NCBI RefSeq assembly: GCF_036321535.1
Contig: NC_087437.1
Location: 40,984,001 to 41,048,000 of the forward strand
DNA from: Camelus dromedarius
Lineage: Eukaryota
Reading direction: 5' to 3'
DNA: 64,000 nucleotides
Shown here: positions 12,000-25,215 of the stretch, piece after piece
Layout of the letters: each line of letters begins with the position of its first letter
Position numbering within the stretch: the first letter of the stretch is position 1
Translations under genes and position numbers: made by a program
Notes under the pieces: model-generated
Told to the model about the DNA's origin: nothing
What the model saw: only the letters and a program-made list of their open reading frames with translations
Database searches by the model: none

Positions 12000-14900
12000 G
12001 TATCCTGTTAAATCAACTTTATTTTTATTCAATATAACTGATGAAGTCAACAGATAAATATATTTTAATATAACAAAAAGTTATAATTGATAAATTTACC
12101 ATCTACATTTTAAAATATTTCACAATTACTTTAATATAGTCAAAGACTTAATATTTCAATTTTACCCATTTTTGAAATGTAAAATGCACAATTATAATAA
12201 TACCCATTCTACATATCTTATAATTTTAAAGTTTTAGCTAAAATGTATGAATCTCTGCAGGTAAAAGCATGAGTTCTCTTATACCTAAGACAAATAAAAT
12301 GTATTACTAATAAAATGCCACTGGACTAAACAATGCCATTTCAACTATTTCCTTTTTGGAGAGGAGGATAAAAATAGTAGAGAACTAGTAATTTGTATTA
12401 TATTTTGTAACAAGCACAAGAGTGCTTATTTATAGTAGGTATTAACCACAATAAAGAATTCCTCTCAAGAAAGATCACAACTATGATTTATGATAAGCTG
12501 TACAGTCATCAATGACTATAATTTATGTTCAGAGTTTGTAAGATAAGCTTAAGTCTATCAATACCAAGACATAGTTTTAGGGACTTTATATAAGTAAAGG
12601 AACCTCTCTTTCAATTGTAAAATTGCTTTCAGCCTGTCCTAAGGAGAGAGGAATAGTGGTGGACAGTAAAGTTTGGCAACAAGTATGTTTTTAGCAGGTG
12701 AAAGCCGCATATGCGTTGCTGTAAGATGCATCTTTCATGTGAGGAAAACGTGCTAATTAGATGGATACAGCACTTTTCAGGCACTTGACCTCACTTGGTA
12801 GTTAAGTTGGTATTTAGATATTTATTTAATGGAAAAACATTGAATTATATAGGACTTCAAGCTACAGAACATCTGTGTTCCGTAAGCTAAATCCAATGTT
12901 CCCTACTAAAATCAAATAATGCCATATATCCAATTCAGAGGGAAAAAATTTAAGGGATTAAAGTTAACAGATTGAATTTTCTCAATTTTAAGATTTTGCA
13001 CAATAAAATTTTTTAAGCCTTTGTTGGCTGTTACCTGTCTGAATGTTAGGAGAAAAAAAGGCTTAAAAACTATGAAATATTATGCCTAAATGATACCAGA
13101 AGATTTTGAACTATTGATCAGTTCAATATAATATACTGTTTATGGAAATATGCTTACAGTTTGTACATATACTGCTTAAGAGCCATATTTTCTCAAAGTA
13201 AATTTGTTCCTAGTTCATATTACAGAACTCAATATGTAAACATTTTAATGTACCAAAGAAAAGCACTATGAACTTTTGTTCTGTTGTCCCTAAATATGTT
13301 TGAGAATCACCATATCATTGTCTGGCTCTAAAGCTATCTTTGGGGTCCATGCCAAAGAATGCTTTCAGATATATCATTAAGGATAAGGTTCTAAGGTAAG
13401 ACTACCAAATTCTATTATAAAATGAAAAAAATACGGTAAGAGTATAGATTGTTACCAATGTTCCCATTTTTTCTTGAATATTTAGCATATAGTTTATATG
13501 TGTTGATATTAAGGATTTTTTATTTGTATGTATCACTGTATTACAACTTGGGAAAATTTTGCAACATACTTTTAGGCAGTTAGCTTTAAAATAATGAAAC
13601 TTCAGCTCTTAGCACAAACAGCCCTGAGAACAATGCATTCAAATTACAGCTCAACTAGAAATAATCTAATTGAGAAACTTTAAAGTACAAAAACAAATTC
13701 TGGAAAAGTTGTAAAATAAAAAAAATTACCAACATTTGAGGCACTACCAGACTACAGTACTTTTAAGAGTTGGAAGGACTTTGTAAAAAGAACAAACATA
13801 CAAAGCTATGTGTGCACGTGCACACACTCACACTGTGCTATAATGAAAAACTGTATCCCCAAACTTTATAGTCTGAACATTTTTTTGCAGCATCTCCTAT
13901 TAAAGATATCATGCTCTGGCTGCAGGAGACTTTTGGTAATTCTTATAAAGCATTGGTACTGAATTTTGTACCATAAATGGAAATGGATTCAAGAGCTTGG
14001 TTAGCAATAATTTTAAGTGACTGACAGCCCTTGGAAGGGAGCATGAAAGAAATATCATAATTATGTTTATGATGCAAATGCTAAGTCAAAGTAGCAATAA
14101 TTTGATCTATTTCAGAGGGTATACAACTTCTTAGCAAGTAAGGTATGACAACGTCTCCACAGTAGAGATAAAATATGTTGTTCTAGAAAGAAACAAATAT
14201 TCCACTTATTACCATAATATTGTATATAAATTTGTGAAATGCCTGCAGACAGGTGTTTTCACTGTATAATCTATCAATGTGACAGTCTACCTTCTATACA
14301 TAGTAACTTTGATATTTAACATTTGCTACAAAAGGGTACAACAAATACTAGGAATCAACTTTTAACATTTCTGATGTCAAAAAAGAATGAAGTCACTTCT
14401 ATTCTGTTAAAAAATATATGTTTCCCTGCTTCCTTTTAATACAGTTTATAAAGCTTTACTAAATGAAATATTTTTCGAGAGAAATATGTATTGACTTATG
14501 TGAAAATAAACAGTCCCATGTCTTTAAAATCTATTCTTATAATTATATGTCAGAGGAGTATTTATACTTCATTATAGTACTTAAAATGAAATATTTATGC
14601 ATAAATAGCTTTTGCCATTCAAGGTATGATGACAGAGATGCATTGTTACAATTTAATATAGGCTTATCTCACAACTGAAAATATATTTATGTGAAGTTTG
14701 ACAAGTTAAGAACAAGGGCATGCTAATCTAGAATTAATACTAAACCAGAACACTAGTATGGTTAACTGGGGTCATCTGAGTGACCAGCAAGCAGCACAGA
14801 CTGATAACTTTCTAGAGTTCTTGTGGGTAACAGTGCCAATCAGTCGCATGTAAGATACACATCACAGAGTGCTAAAACCTAAAGCAGTATGTAGCAGATA

Positions 14901-16601
14901 CTGAAATGGAATACTGGAAAGAATTTAGCCTAATTACTAATTGTGCTTCAGATGGGCAAAAGCTAAAATGTTATACTAAAAATGACTGGCTACAACCTCA
15001 ATATTTTTTGTGCTTTAGAATTCCTCTTGCATTTCCTTAAAGTACTGCTTCTTCTCCAAATGGGTTTGCTGAGGCCAATACAAGATTTAAAAGTATGTGA
15101 AAATTAAGTAACTAAAACTTTGGGATCTTCTGTTCTTAATGCTATTTTGAGTCACTGATGAGACCAGTTACAGCATGACACATATTTTCCTCTAGACACT
15201 AGGTACAAAGGCCTTTTAGAGGTCAGAGCATGATGGAAGAAGTCTTACAACCAGTCTTAGAGAATGAAGGTATTACTGAAATGTGATTTTGTTCTAAGTT
15301 TCACTGCAATATTATGATTGTTATTGAGTCAAAGGTCCTCACAAACCCTGTGACAATGTCTAGAATTCTGGAAATAAGAGATATATGATCCAAAAGACTA
15401 AACAGAAATGTAGCAGAATCACCTAAAATTCTTTCTTGAATAATTCAGTTTATAGAATTTTTCTCTAGTTATATTTCACATATGGAACTGAAATAAGTCA
15501 CATGATAACCAGATAAAATACATATACTTCTTAAGTTAAATAATAATTATCACATAAAGTAACTTTTCTTCCATGATTCACTTTCACTTTGGAAAAAAAT
15601 AAATTGAACAAATGATCCAAATCAATTTCAAGTAAGAATTTCCAGTTTTTGTCTGATAAATAAATATTTTGATGTTAAGGAAGCCTACTTAAAAATGGTT
15701 GGAAAGGAGTGACTCCTGCAAACACTAACATTTATTCAACATAATTGGTAAAAAGCACTGCATTGTATCCTGTAAACCAGGTCACTCCTTTACATACAGA
15801 GAGAGAGAACACAAGTTAAAAGCAGAAACACAAATAGAAGGAAACTTTCTATTTTTATGCTGATTACAAAATCCTCAAATAAAACCCTATAGATTAAGCA
15901 ACTCCCTTTGCCACTGTCCTGTGTCTTCTTTACAATAAGACTTGCTAACAGTCATGTAGCAGTTTAATGCCTCTGTCAAGCACAAGCAAGAACTGAAATC
16001 ACCATAATACAGGTTAAGTCTGCCAGCAATTTGGCAAAGAAAGACCAAGGTAATACAGGTGGCTGCACATGGCTACTAAGATTTGACACTTTTTGATAAT
16101 ATGATTTTGGTTTAAGGATCTATACTTGCCACACTCAGGCTGAAGCTGTGACAATTCCAATCCATGATATTCTATGATACTAAGTTTGAAATTACTGCAG
16201 AGCAATTCAACTTAAATGTGGTACGTCAATACCACTAGATGCTACATTGTTTAATCTAAAACCCTGGTTTACTTATCATTTAACTAAAATTCAGGAATGA
16301 TCTGCTCAGACAAATCACATCTGCCAAAACTATCTTGTCTGTTTCTTGGGCTTACATACTGAAACCGCAGGAATGTTATAGGAAAGACACCTACAAAATT
16401 AAAAAACAAAAGAATTATACACCTTGATTATTTTTTGAAATTACTAGTTGCCTGCAAAACTAACTCAGCACAATTTCAAAACAATTAAAAAAGAAATGAG
16501 GTTGCTTATGAAGGCCATAGCTTTGGTGACAACTTAGAACCAAACTTTAGATCTGCAGTTGATCCAGACCTAAACAGTTTGCTGATGCCTGATGTTCCCA
16601 T
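12000..16601 (-). other. EIF5A2: EIF5A2 long 3' UTR (terminal exon); end inferred from tandem AATAAA
   Basis: Largely repeat-free AT-rich stretch after the stop; minus-strand AATAAAAATAAA at 12029-12018 followed by U-rich sequence; length comparable to the ~5 kb human UTR. Confidence 0.65.
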
Positions 16602-16661
16602 TTATTTGCAGGGCTTTATGGCTACAGCATATTCTTCACTCATTGCACACATGACAGATAC
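16602..16661 (-). CDS. EIF5A2: EIF5A2 last coding exon
   Basis: cccttctag acceptor; VSVMCAMSEEYAVAIKPCK then TAA (16604-16602). Confidence 0.97.
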   Translation of the reverse strand, partial: VSVMCAMSEEYAVAIKPCK

Positions 16662-17200
16662 CTAGAAGGGGAAAATGCAGGCAAAAGTTATTCAGAAGGC
16701 ATTACATACATAAGAATATACATAAATATACCTAAGATATATTTAATTCATTGTACACTGGATATATTTGTAGATACTTTATACATATTGACTTTGGAAA
16801 GAGGTGTTCTAAGACCAAATAACTTACTTTCTTTATAGTTTTCTAAAGCAGAATTTCTCAAATTGTGGTTTTTAAGACTTCCAGGGAACAGGGAACATAA
16901 GAGCTATAAATGTTTTAATACTAGAGTAATCACCTTCACTCTTTAGTATTCTCATAGCATCCTTTCTTACCCTTAAGAACAGTTCACGCTGATCTTCAAA
17001 ACAAGTTTGGGGCTGACACTGTCTATGTAGCAAAAAATGAACTTTGACTCTTTGGTAATGGGTCTCTAAGGGGATACTGGGAAGACTGCCTTCCAGAGAT
17101 CATTTTCAACATTTCAGCAGTATTTAAAAGCTATATTTCACATAGCTTTTAAAGTTTTTATAGAATGGTTTAAAAAAGCAATATTCCCATAGGTCTTTAC

Positions 17201-17332
17201 CTGTACATCTTCACCTGCATTATATTTTCCTTCTATTTCTTTGCCTAGTTCACCTTCTGGCAGCTTAAGATCCTCACGAACTTCACCAGTTTCTGTCAGC
17301 AGGGAAAGGTAACCATCCTGAATGCATATCAG
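17201..17332 (-). CDS. EIF5A2: EIF5A2 third coding exon
   Basis: 132 nt, LICIQDGYLSLLTETGEVREDLKLPEGELGKEIEGKYNAGEDVQ; ttcaatag acceptor, gtaaag donor. Confidence 0.97.
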
Positions 17333-17578
17333 CTATTGAAAGAAATTATAGCATTTGAATCAATTAGGTTATATCTACTCCTTTGTAATATTTACATAGT
17401 TATGTGGCAATCCACATTAATTTGTACAAGAACATAGTAATACATTAAGAAATTTTTGGTGCTTGAGAATGGTAAACATACAAAAGCATGAAATAGGTAC
17501 AGACAAAAAGTGTAAGTTCATTCCTCCCTGTACTCTCCCTTCCCCCAAATCTCTGCATTATTAAACTGTTTAGGCTTT

Positions 17579-17759
17579 AAAAAAGTAATTTATTTATTAA
17601 AATTTTTTAATCAGTCTTTTTTGTTGTTGTTGTTGTTGGGGGGAGGTAACTAGGTTTTTATTTAATTTATTTATTTTTAATGGAGATACTGGGGATTGAA
17701 CCCAGGACCTCATGCATGCTAAGCACACACTCTACCACTGAGCTGTACCCTCCCCCCTA
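17579..17759 (-). mobile_element. tRNA-derived SINE (camelid Vic-1-like) with TSD
   Basis: Minus strand GGGGAGGGTACAGCTCAGTGGTAGAG (A box)…GGTTCAATCCC (B box)…A-rich tail; 11-bp direct repeat gtttaggcttt at 17568-17578 and 17760-17770. Confidence 0.85.
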
Positions 17760-19029
17760 GTTTAGGCTTTTTTAATTGTGTATCCTGAAGCATTTATATT
17801 TATGGACACAATATAAATACAGTTGCTTAAAAAAATGAGATATTGTATTTTTCAGCAAGTTGTTTTCACTTAGTGTGTTTTAGAAATCTTTCCATATTGG
17901 AAAATGTGGCCCAACCTTAGTCTCTTTAATCTCTTCACAACTGCATAGATATACTGCAACTGAGTTAACCATTTTCGCACTAATGGGCATAAAAGTTATT
18001 TTCAGTTTTTCACAATTACAAAAACCTGTGTTTTATAATTTGATTATGAAACAAGCTGAAGTGGAAAATTTTAGGTCTCCAGCTCACTGCTAACAACATT
18101 AGATTTTTTTTAAAAGACAAACACTAGCTTATTGATGTCATTAATGAAACAAAGTCATCACATAGTTTTGATATCATTAAATTTTTTTCATTACAGGTAT
18201 AAGCAAATAGGCAGGCCAAATCCATTTATTCTAAAAGCATGTATGCCACCAGTGTGCCTAGAATTCTAATGGGTTTTATAAAAAGCAATCACCCAGAATA
18301 CCAAATGCTAGCACTGACATACACAACAGAAGTCCAAGACATGGTCCTTGATCCCCTCTAACCACGATGACATAACACACGCACAAAACAGAGGTAGAGT
18401 TTCAAAGCTCTCCTCCATGGCAGGACGAAATCTGGCAGTTGCTTTCCACAGGAACCCTACCTAGCACAGGAGATTTCAGTTTTTGTACGAGTCTACAGTC
18501 TCAAAAACAAAAAACCACCCTACAAACACTTTTAGTTAATCTACAAACTACAAACACTTTTAGTTAATCTTTTGGTCATCCAAACATTTGTGAGGTAGTT
18601 GGTAGAAAAGTGGGGAGCAAGATGGTTACGATAGAAGTGTAATTTTTAAACAATTAACCACAGGCTTTAAAAGCAGATCTTTTTTATTTTGGCTCTTTTA
18701 GCAAGTCCCTGAAGTAAAATTTATCTATTTCAAGAGTTAAAGGTTCCCACTCCTTAGTGACTGACCTTTAAGACAAATAATAATACTAGTATTTTGATAT
18801 TTATATGATATTTTATTTTTCAAGAGTTAAGAATTCATAAAATAATTATAAAGTATTTCAAATACAAACGTGTAGACATTATAAAACATCTAGTAAAAAA
18901 TGTATAAACATTATACATCTTATGAAAATAAATTGCAATAAGATAAAATTTAAAATTTCAGAAATAAAACTAAGCTATAGAAAAATAAAATTAAATAATA
19001 AAAATGAAGTATTTCATCTTACCTAAATT

Positions 19030-19775
19030 ATTAAAAAAAGTTCAGATATAGAGAAAAGTTGCACAAATAATGCAATGAAATCCCTTATCTTTTACCTAGA
19101 TTTACACTTCGTTAACATTTAACCACATGTGCACTTTTTCTCTCTCTGTATATATGGAATATATAAATTGTATACCGTACATATTCTTATTCTTTTCTTA
19201 TTTTTACTGAATCATTTGAGAGTAAGTTTCAACCATTATGACTCTTTAGCAATAATACCTCAGTGTGTTTTTCCAAGAACAAGGACAGACTCTTATAAAA
19301 CCACGGTTTATTTTTCAAAATCAGGAAATTCAATATTGTGAGCATATTATTCAACATATAGTCCGTATTCAAATTTGCCAATTGTCCCAATATTGTATTT
19401 AATAGCAACTTTTCCCTCTCAACTCCAGGATCATGACTTGTATTTATTTGGCTGTCATGTCAGTTTAGTCTCTTTTAATTTGAAACAGTTCCTGATCCTT
19501 TGTCTTTCATGACATTGACATTTTTTGACGAGCACAGGCTCACTGTATTATAGAAAGTTCCTCAGTTTGAGTTTATCTGTTTCTTAATGATTCAGGTAAT
19601 GCATTTTTGGAAGGATTACTACATAAATGATGTGTCCTCAGAGTATCACACCAGGAGGCCAAATGATGTCAGTTTGTCCCATTACTGGTGATATTAGCTG
19701 TGCTCACTTGGCTAAGATAGTTATCTGCCAGCTTTTTCTACTCTCATGGTACCATTTTCCCTTTTATAATTTTCA
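19030..19775 (-). mobile_element. Old L1 (L1MB/MC-like) 3' end
   Basis: Characteristic text tcaggaaattcaatattg…gtcatgtcagtttagtctc…gtttgtcccattactggtgat. Confidence 0.65.
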
Positions 19776-20089
19776 ATCTTGAAAAAAAAAAAAAAGCTAA
19801 TGGTTGCTGAGTTCCAAGCATATTTCTGGGCAACTTTTTCTATTTCCCCTCAAAGCCCTCTCTGATTCTATAGAGTTAGAAGGAGAGGATGGTAAGAAGA
19901 CAATTATATGTCAATTCTAACTATTCCTTCTGATCCTTCACCTTTAAACAAATCTACTCAATTGATAACTTTGAGGTGTTTATGACTTTTTTTTTTTTTT
20001 TTTTGGTAGTGAGAACAATCATTTTGTTAATAGCAAGCAAGGAAACAGGAGAGGGCAGGGTCAGAAAACTTGTAATATAGGAGTCTGGC

Positions 20090-21470
20090 AAGCAGTGGTG
20101 TACCAACCTGCTGAATGACATATGAAGTTATACCATACCCCCAAATACCAGTATCAGAATGTGGTATCTATTATATCCTACTAAAAGAATCCAGTGTACA
20201 GGGCTATTTCTCTCCATAGGGCTCCTTGGAAAAACACATACTTCCAGGTCCAGGATAAGTATACAAGATGAGAATGCATGGTGCTATCAAAGACCACTAG
20301 GTCTGTATCAAAGGAACTCAAAGAGCTAACCAGAAAAAGGTCCCTCTTGCCAAAGATGGAACAATTTGGGAATTGATAAGGATAATAACTACAATGGATT
20401 GAAACACAAATGTGTTTAAATGCTTCTATTCAAAGTGGAAAAAAAAATTTCATTGGTCATCTTCAGTAGATGCAAGAGAAACAACTAATTCTGAATACTA
20501 ATTAAAGGGGGAACTCATGCATTTATATTGGCTTTCCTATTATATACTGGACCACAAAGTAAACAAAAAAAAATTGATGAACTAAAGTTTATAGAAGTGT
20601 TCTGGCTTTTTTTTTTTTTAAGAATAAAATTATTATTTTGTCTCTCCTAATAAATCCATGGATTGAGGCAATGATTACCTATCTAATAACATCACACACA
20701 AAAAATCAGACTTAACTACCTTGATGGTTGCACAGAACATCACCTATGGAATTGTTCTTTGAAGAAAAAGGAGGAAGAAAATAGAAATCTAAAATGGATC
20801 TGATCAAGACTCTACATCTAATTTTCAATTTTCAGGAAATATATGGGACAAAGGAACATGTTAAACAAGGAAATGCAATTAGCAGAATATAGACTGTGGG
20901 GAAGTCTACAGATCAAATGATCTAGTTTCTTCATCAAAAAATGAGAGAGAGAGAGAAGGGAGGAAGGAAAGAGAGAAGAGAGGGACCTCAGGGCATGTAG
21001 GAGAGAGGAGAACCTATAAAACAGATTTAAGAGATACCTCAACCAATTTCAACATGTGGACCTTATTTAGGACCTGATTTAGACATACTATAAGACAAAA
21101 AAGTAACTATCACATCCAAAAAAGTAAAAAAACAAAGACAATTAGGAAAATGCAGATATTGACTGGATATTTGACAATATTAAGGAATTATTAATTGTAA
21201 GGGTGCCACAGTGTGCTTTGATTTTGTTTTTTACAGTCCTTATCTTTAAAAAATGCATAATAGAATATTTACAGATGAAATGATAAATGATATAATATGT
21301 GGGATTAGCTTCAAAATAATCAGGTAGAGTGTACAGGAAATAAAGCAGGTGGTGGGATACAGATGAAACAAGATTGACTATGTAATGATAATTGTTGAAG
21401 CTGGCTGATGGGTACATGAAGTTCATCATATTTTGAAAATGTCCACAATAAAAAGTAAAAAAGAAAAATG
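20090..21470 (+). mobile_element. Old L1 (L1MC-like) 3' region
   Basis: gccaaagatggaacaatttggg…gcagaatatagactgtgggga…gttgaagctggctgatgggtacatgaagttcat…aataaaa. Confidence 0.65.
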
Positions 21471-21859
21471 TATATCAGAATTCTAGAAAGAGCAGTGTAG
21501 CCACTAAATTGCTGGAGACACAGGGAACTGAGGAAGAAAAGCATGAACTGAAAGGAAAGATGGAGAAGAGCTAGTGACTGCAGATTCTGTCCATGATGTG
21601 GTCAGAATAAGCACGAACACTGAAAAAAGGAGAATTATGGAGAACATTTTTGCCTGTATTTGTATTATTGATATACAACAGCAGGAGGCTGGAGATGGCA
21701 TGGCATCACTGCAGGTGCCTTCTTAGCCCTAATTTCTGAATTTAATTTTATTTTATTTCTCAATCTATTCCAAAACAGATAGACTTTTAGGTAAGACCTC
21801 CTCCCTTCTCCTTCTCCGGTTCCTCTCCCCCTAGCACTCTCAAGCTACTTCCTTAGAGC

Positions 21860-23290
21860 TGCTGGTCCCTGGGAGAGACTGAATGCTTGATCATTGTTAC
21901 CATACAACTCAAGCAAATAACACTATCATCAGCTGGAGTGTTATCTGACCCACCAAGCCATGAAGGTGAGTATGCACGGCAGCACTCCATCATCAAGCTG
22001 GAATAGCATACAGGAGGTCAACCTAAGCAGATCCGAAAGGCATAAACAAGTTGTATGAGAAGTAGCTCAGACTCATAAAGGACCTTCTTCTGCAGTATTA
22101 ACAGCTTCTCCCTCAGCTCATACCAGTGGCTTTCTGGGGAGTTGCCTATGACCAGATGACTGAAAAAGAAAAAAACTAGGATTGGTCTCTAGGTGGTTAT
22201 GAATGGTCTGATGAAACTATTCAGAGGTGACCCTGAAAGATAGTGGGGGTGAGAAGAACTTCATATACTGGATTTGAAAGAAGAGAGAACCAGAGGTTTG
22301 GATTTACACTGATTGTGGGCAATGGCTCTGAGTCTGGATGGAAGGTCAACAACACTGAAAGAACAAGATAGGAAAATTGCTGACAGTAAGGTCTGGGGAA
22401 GTGGTATGTGGAGGGATCTCTCCAGAAAGTTAGAGAATGTGTTCATATGAATGCTTACCAAAGGGACGCACTACAGAGGAGGTGGACAATTAGGTGGACA
22501 AGATGATTCTGTCTGTGAATGTCATTTAACTTCTTTTTGTAGTCATCCCAGTCCTTGCTCAATTGGCTCATGGAACTCCTGGCCATGGTGGCAGGGCTCA
22601 ATGACACAGGTTTTTTCTCACCAAGGCTGATCTGACTACAGCCATTACTGAGTACCTCACAGTACAGAGTCCTTGATATGGCACCATTCCCCAGAGGGAA
22701 CAGCCAGCTGCCTGGTAATACTGTACTCCTTCCATGACGGAAGAGGTGGCAGTTTGTGCTCACTGCAATAGATCTTTACTCTGCATGTAAATTTGCCTTC
22801 GATGCCTGCAGTGCTTCTGCTAAAATCTCATCTGCAGATTTATAGAATGTCGCATTCCCGTCAGTACCTCACATAGTATCATCTCTGGCTAAAAAATTCA
22901 TTTGACAGGCAAAATAAAAAGATAACAGGACAACACTCAGAGAATTCACTGGTCTATTGTACTCCATCATTCTAAAACAGCTTGCCTGTGTGGACTGGCC
23001 TAAAGAAGACTCATCTTTGCCACCTGCTGGATGATATTATATGGACCTGGGTGCTGTTTCACAGGTTACAATACATTCCAAAAATGGTACTATTTCTCCC
23101 ATAGGTAGAATACACGGGTCTAGAAACCAAAGGTAGGAGGCTCTTCTCCCTATTACTCTTAATGATACTGTAGCAAGTATTTGTTTCTTGTCCCTGCTAT
23201 GCTGGGATCTGCTGATTTAGAGGTTTTCTATTCCTAAAGAAAGACTGCTTCTATCAGGGAACACAAAGATTCCACAGAACAGGTAAAAAT
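21860..23290 (+). mobile_element. ERVL/MaLR internal (pol-like) remnant in EIF5A2 intron
   Basis: Degenerate VLSDPPSHE…QHSIIKLE…KLYE and YGTIPQREQPAAW segments typical of ERVL pol; many stops and frameshifts. Confidence 0.7.
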
Positions 23291-24089
23291 TATAAAAAGA
23301 CTTTAGGCACAAATAATTCAGAGCATCATTAATTTCTTTGTTGTTCTATTTTAAGTTGCAACAACAAAATTCAACTCCATATCCGAAAGGCATATCACTT
23401 ATTTGAAGAATATACTAGGATTTAATACTCATAGTTCTGGCAATTCACCAAAGATCCACGATATATACTTAAACATGTCTTGTACTGGTAGGATTTCCTT
23501 CTGAAAAAATGGTCTTTAAATGACAGATAGAACTTTGTAAATACAGAAAAGGCATTTAACTTGGGTTGTGGTGCACATGAACACAGAACTTTCTAAGGAA
23601 ATATGATTCAAGTGAGTACCAGAGTTTGAACAAGCATGTCTATATTTAAGAGTCTGGGGATTCCCAAAGGTGTTTGGGTGCATTTGTATTTTACATGATC
23701 ACTGAGCCTCAGACAACAATCACTACTTTTGGGAGAAGTGATGGAAATGAGCAATTCTAATCCAATATCTTGGGGTGGAATTCAGGAGACAATTTTCTTT
23801 CATTCTGAACTCATTTTAAAACACATAAAGTTAAAACTGTAAATATTAATATGTTTCTTCCCCTAAACAAAGACTTACTTTTTAATTATTATAATGAACA
23901 TATATATATATGTGTGTACAAATACAAAGGACTACATGTAGCCAAATAATAAGTAGGAATTTAATCAAGGCACTTGGATAGGTGAGTGAAGACCACCATA
24001 GCACAATAAATATAACCAGAAAGGTTCATAGAACTAATTTTTTAAATGAACAGAAATAAGTATTCTATGGTGACTTGATAATAAAGGGA

Positions 24090-24310
24090 TGTGATCACTG
24101 AGTACCTACTATGCAAATCCTGTTCTAAGAATTGACTAATTAAACCTCACAATGATTCCATGATAAGTTTATCATTCTTATCCCTATTTTATAAATAAAG
24201 GCAGGTGAGAGGTTAACTGACTTGCCAGCAGAAGTCACGCAATTAGTAAGTGCCAAAGCAAGGATGTGGGCCCAGGCTGTCCTGCTTGAGTCACTGTCTT
24301 ATCCACTCTG
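24090..24310 (-). mobile_element. MIR
   Basis: MIR core: atccctattttataaataaaggcaggtgagaggttaactgacttgcc…gtcacgcaattagtaagtgccaaagc. Confidence 0.6.
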
Positions 24311-24327
24311 CAACACAGACTACACAC

Positions 24328-24633
24328 CAAGGCTGGGACTAGGGTGAGGCAAGTGAGGACTCATTTTGGGTGCAAAACTTAAGATGGCACGTGCACGTGC
24401 GCACCCCCCGCCCCAAAGTGATCAAGTTTTAAAATTAGAATTAATGCAAAAATTCTATGGTGAACAAAGTATCAACATTTTAAATAAAGACAGGATCAGA
24501 ATTACTGATTTTTCCTTTTGACTTAGGCCTCCGTGTGGCTTGCCATTGTTACTGGTCCTGTCTTTATTTAAAATTTTGTGCTTGAGGCAAGGGCTTCACT
24601 CATGTCATCCCCCTCACCCTAGCCTAGGCTCTG
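24328..24633. mobile_element. hAT MITE (MER96B-like)
   Basis: Ends ctagggtgagg / cctcaccctag are inverted; internal inverted repeat aaataaagacaggatcag / ctggtcctgtctttattt. Confidence 0.7.
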
Positions 24634-25059
24634 CTATATCCCAAAACAAAACCAAAACCAAATTTATTTTTTATGTTAAATCTTGAGCTCCAATCAATGA
24701 TAGGCTAATTTGATCATAGTAGTTATCTGAACTACTGATACCATCTTTCTGAAATAGTCAAAGGCAAAAGCATTGTATATTGAATGAATATTAATGAACA
24801 GTGAATATTCAAAGCATTCACATGTTAGTATGAAAACAGAAATCCACTTTTGGCAAGGAGAAATTCTATACTTAGCCTTAGTTGGCTGCACTATCTTTAT
24901 CTCATCGAATAATCATGTATGCCTTTAACAAATGTTTATTGAGCACCCACTGTATGCCATGTCTAAATTGGGTGCTCTAAGAATAATGGAATGATTAAGT
25001 GGAATTTTCATACTGGAAAAGGGGAAGCAGGAAAGAACTACTTTGTGGTACATATCTGC

Positions 25060-25215
25060 TTATGAGGTAATTATAGGGTAGATTTTTTCACTTAATCCTC
25101 ATATTATCCCTGCTTTGTAGATGAGAAGACTGAGGCTCAGAGAGGTTGAATAATTTGCCCAAGGTCACCCAGCTAGAAAGTGGCAGAACTAGATCCAAAC
25201 CCAGATCTGCCTTAC
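25060..25215 (-). mobile_element. MIR
   Basis: tagatgagaagactgaggctcagagaggttgaataatttgcccaaggtcacccagctagaaagtggcagaac. Confidence 0.75.

Noticed and set aside
17690..17757. Apparent tRNA-Ala-like gene
   Set aside because: It is the head of a SINE with an A-rich tail and TSD
18520..18570. Short duplication ctacaaacacttttagttaatct (period 28)
   Set aside because: Ordinary slippage duplication deep in an intron; two copies only and not a CRISPR-like array
10750..23290. Idea that the protease remnant (10.8 kb) and pol remnant (22 kb) are one provirus
   Set aside because: They are separated by EIF5A2 coding exons and 3' UTR, which predate such insertions; they are independent relics
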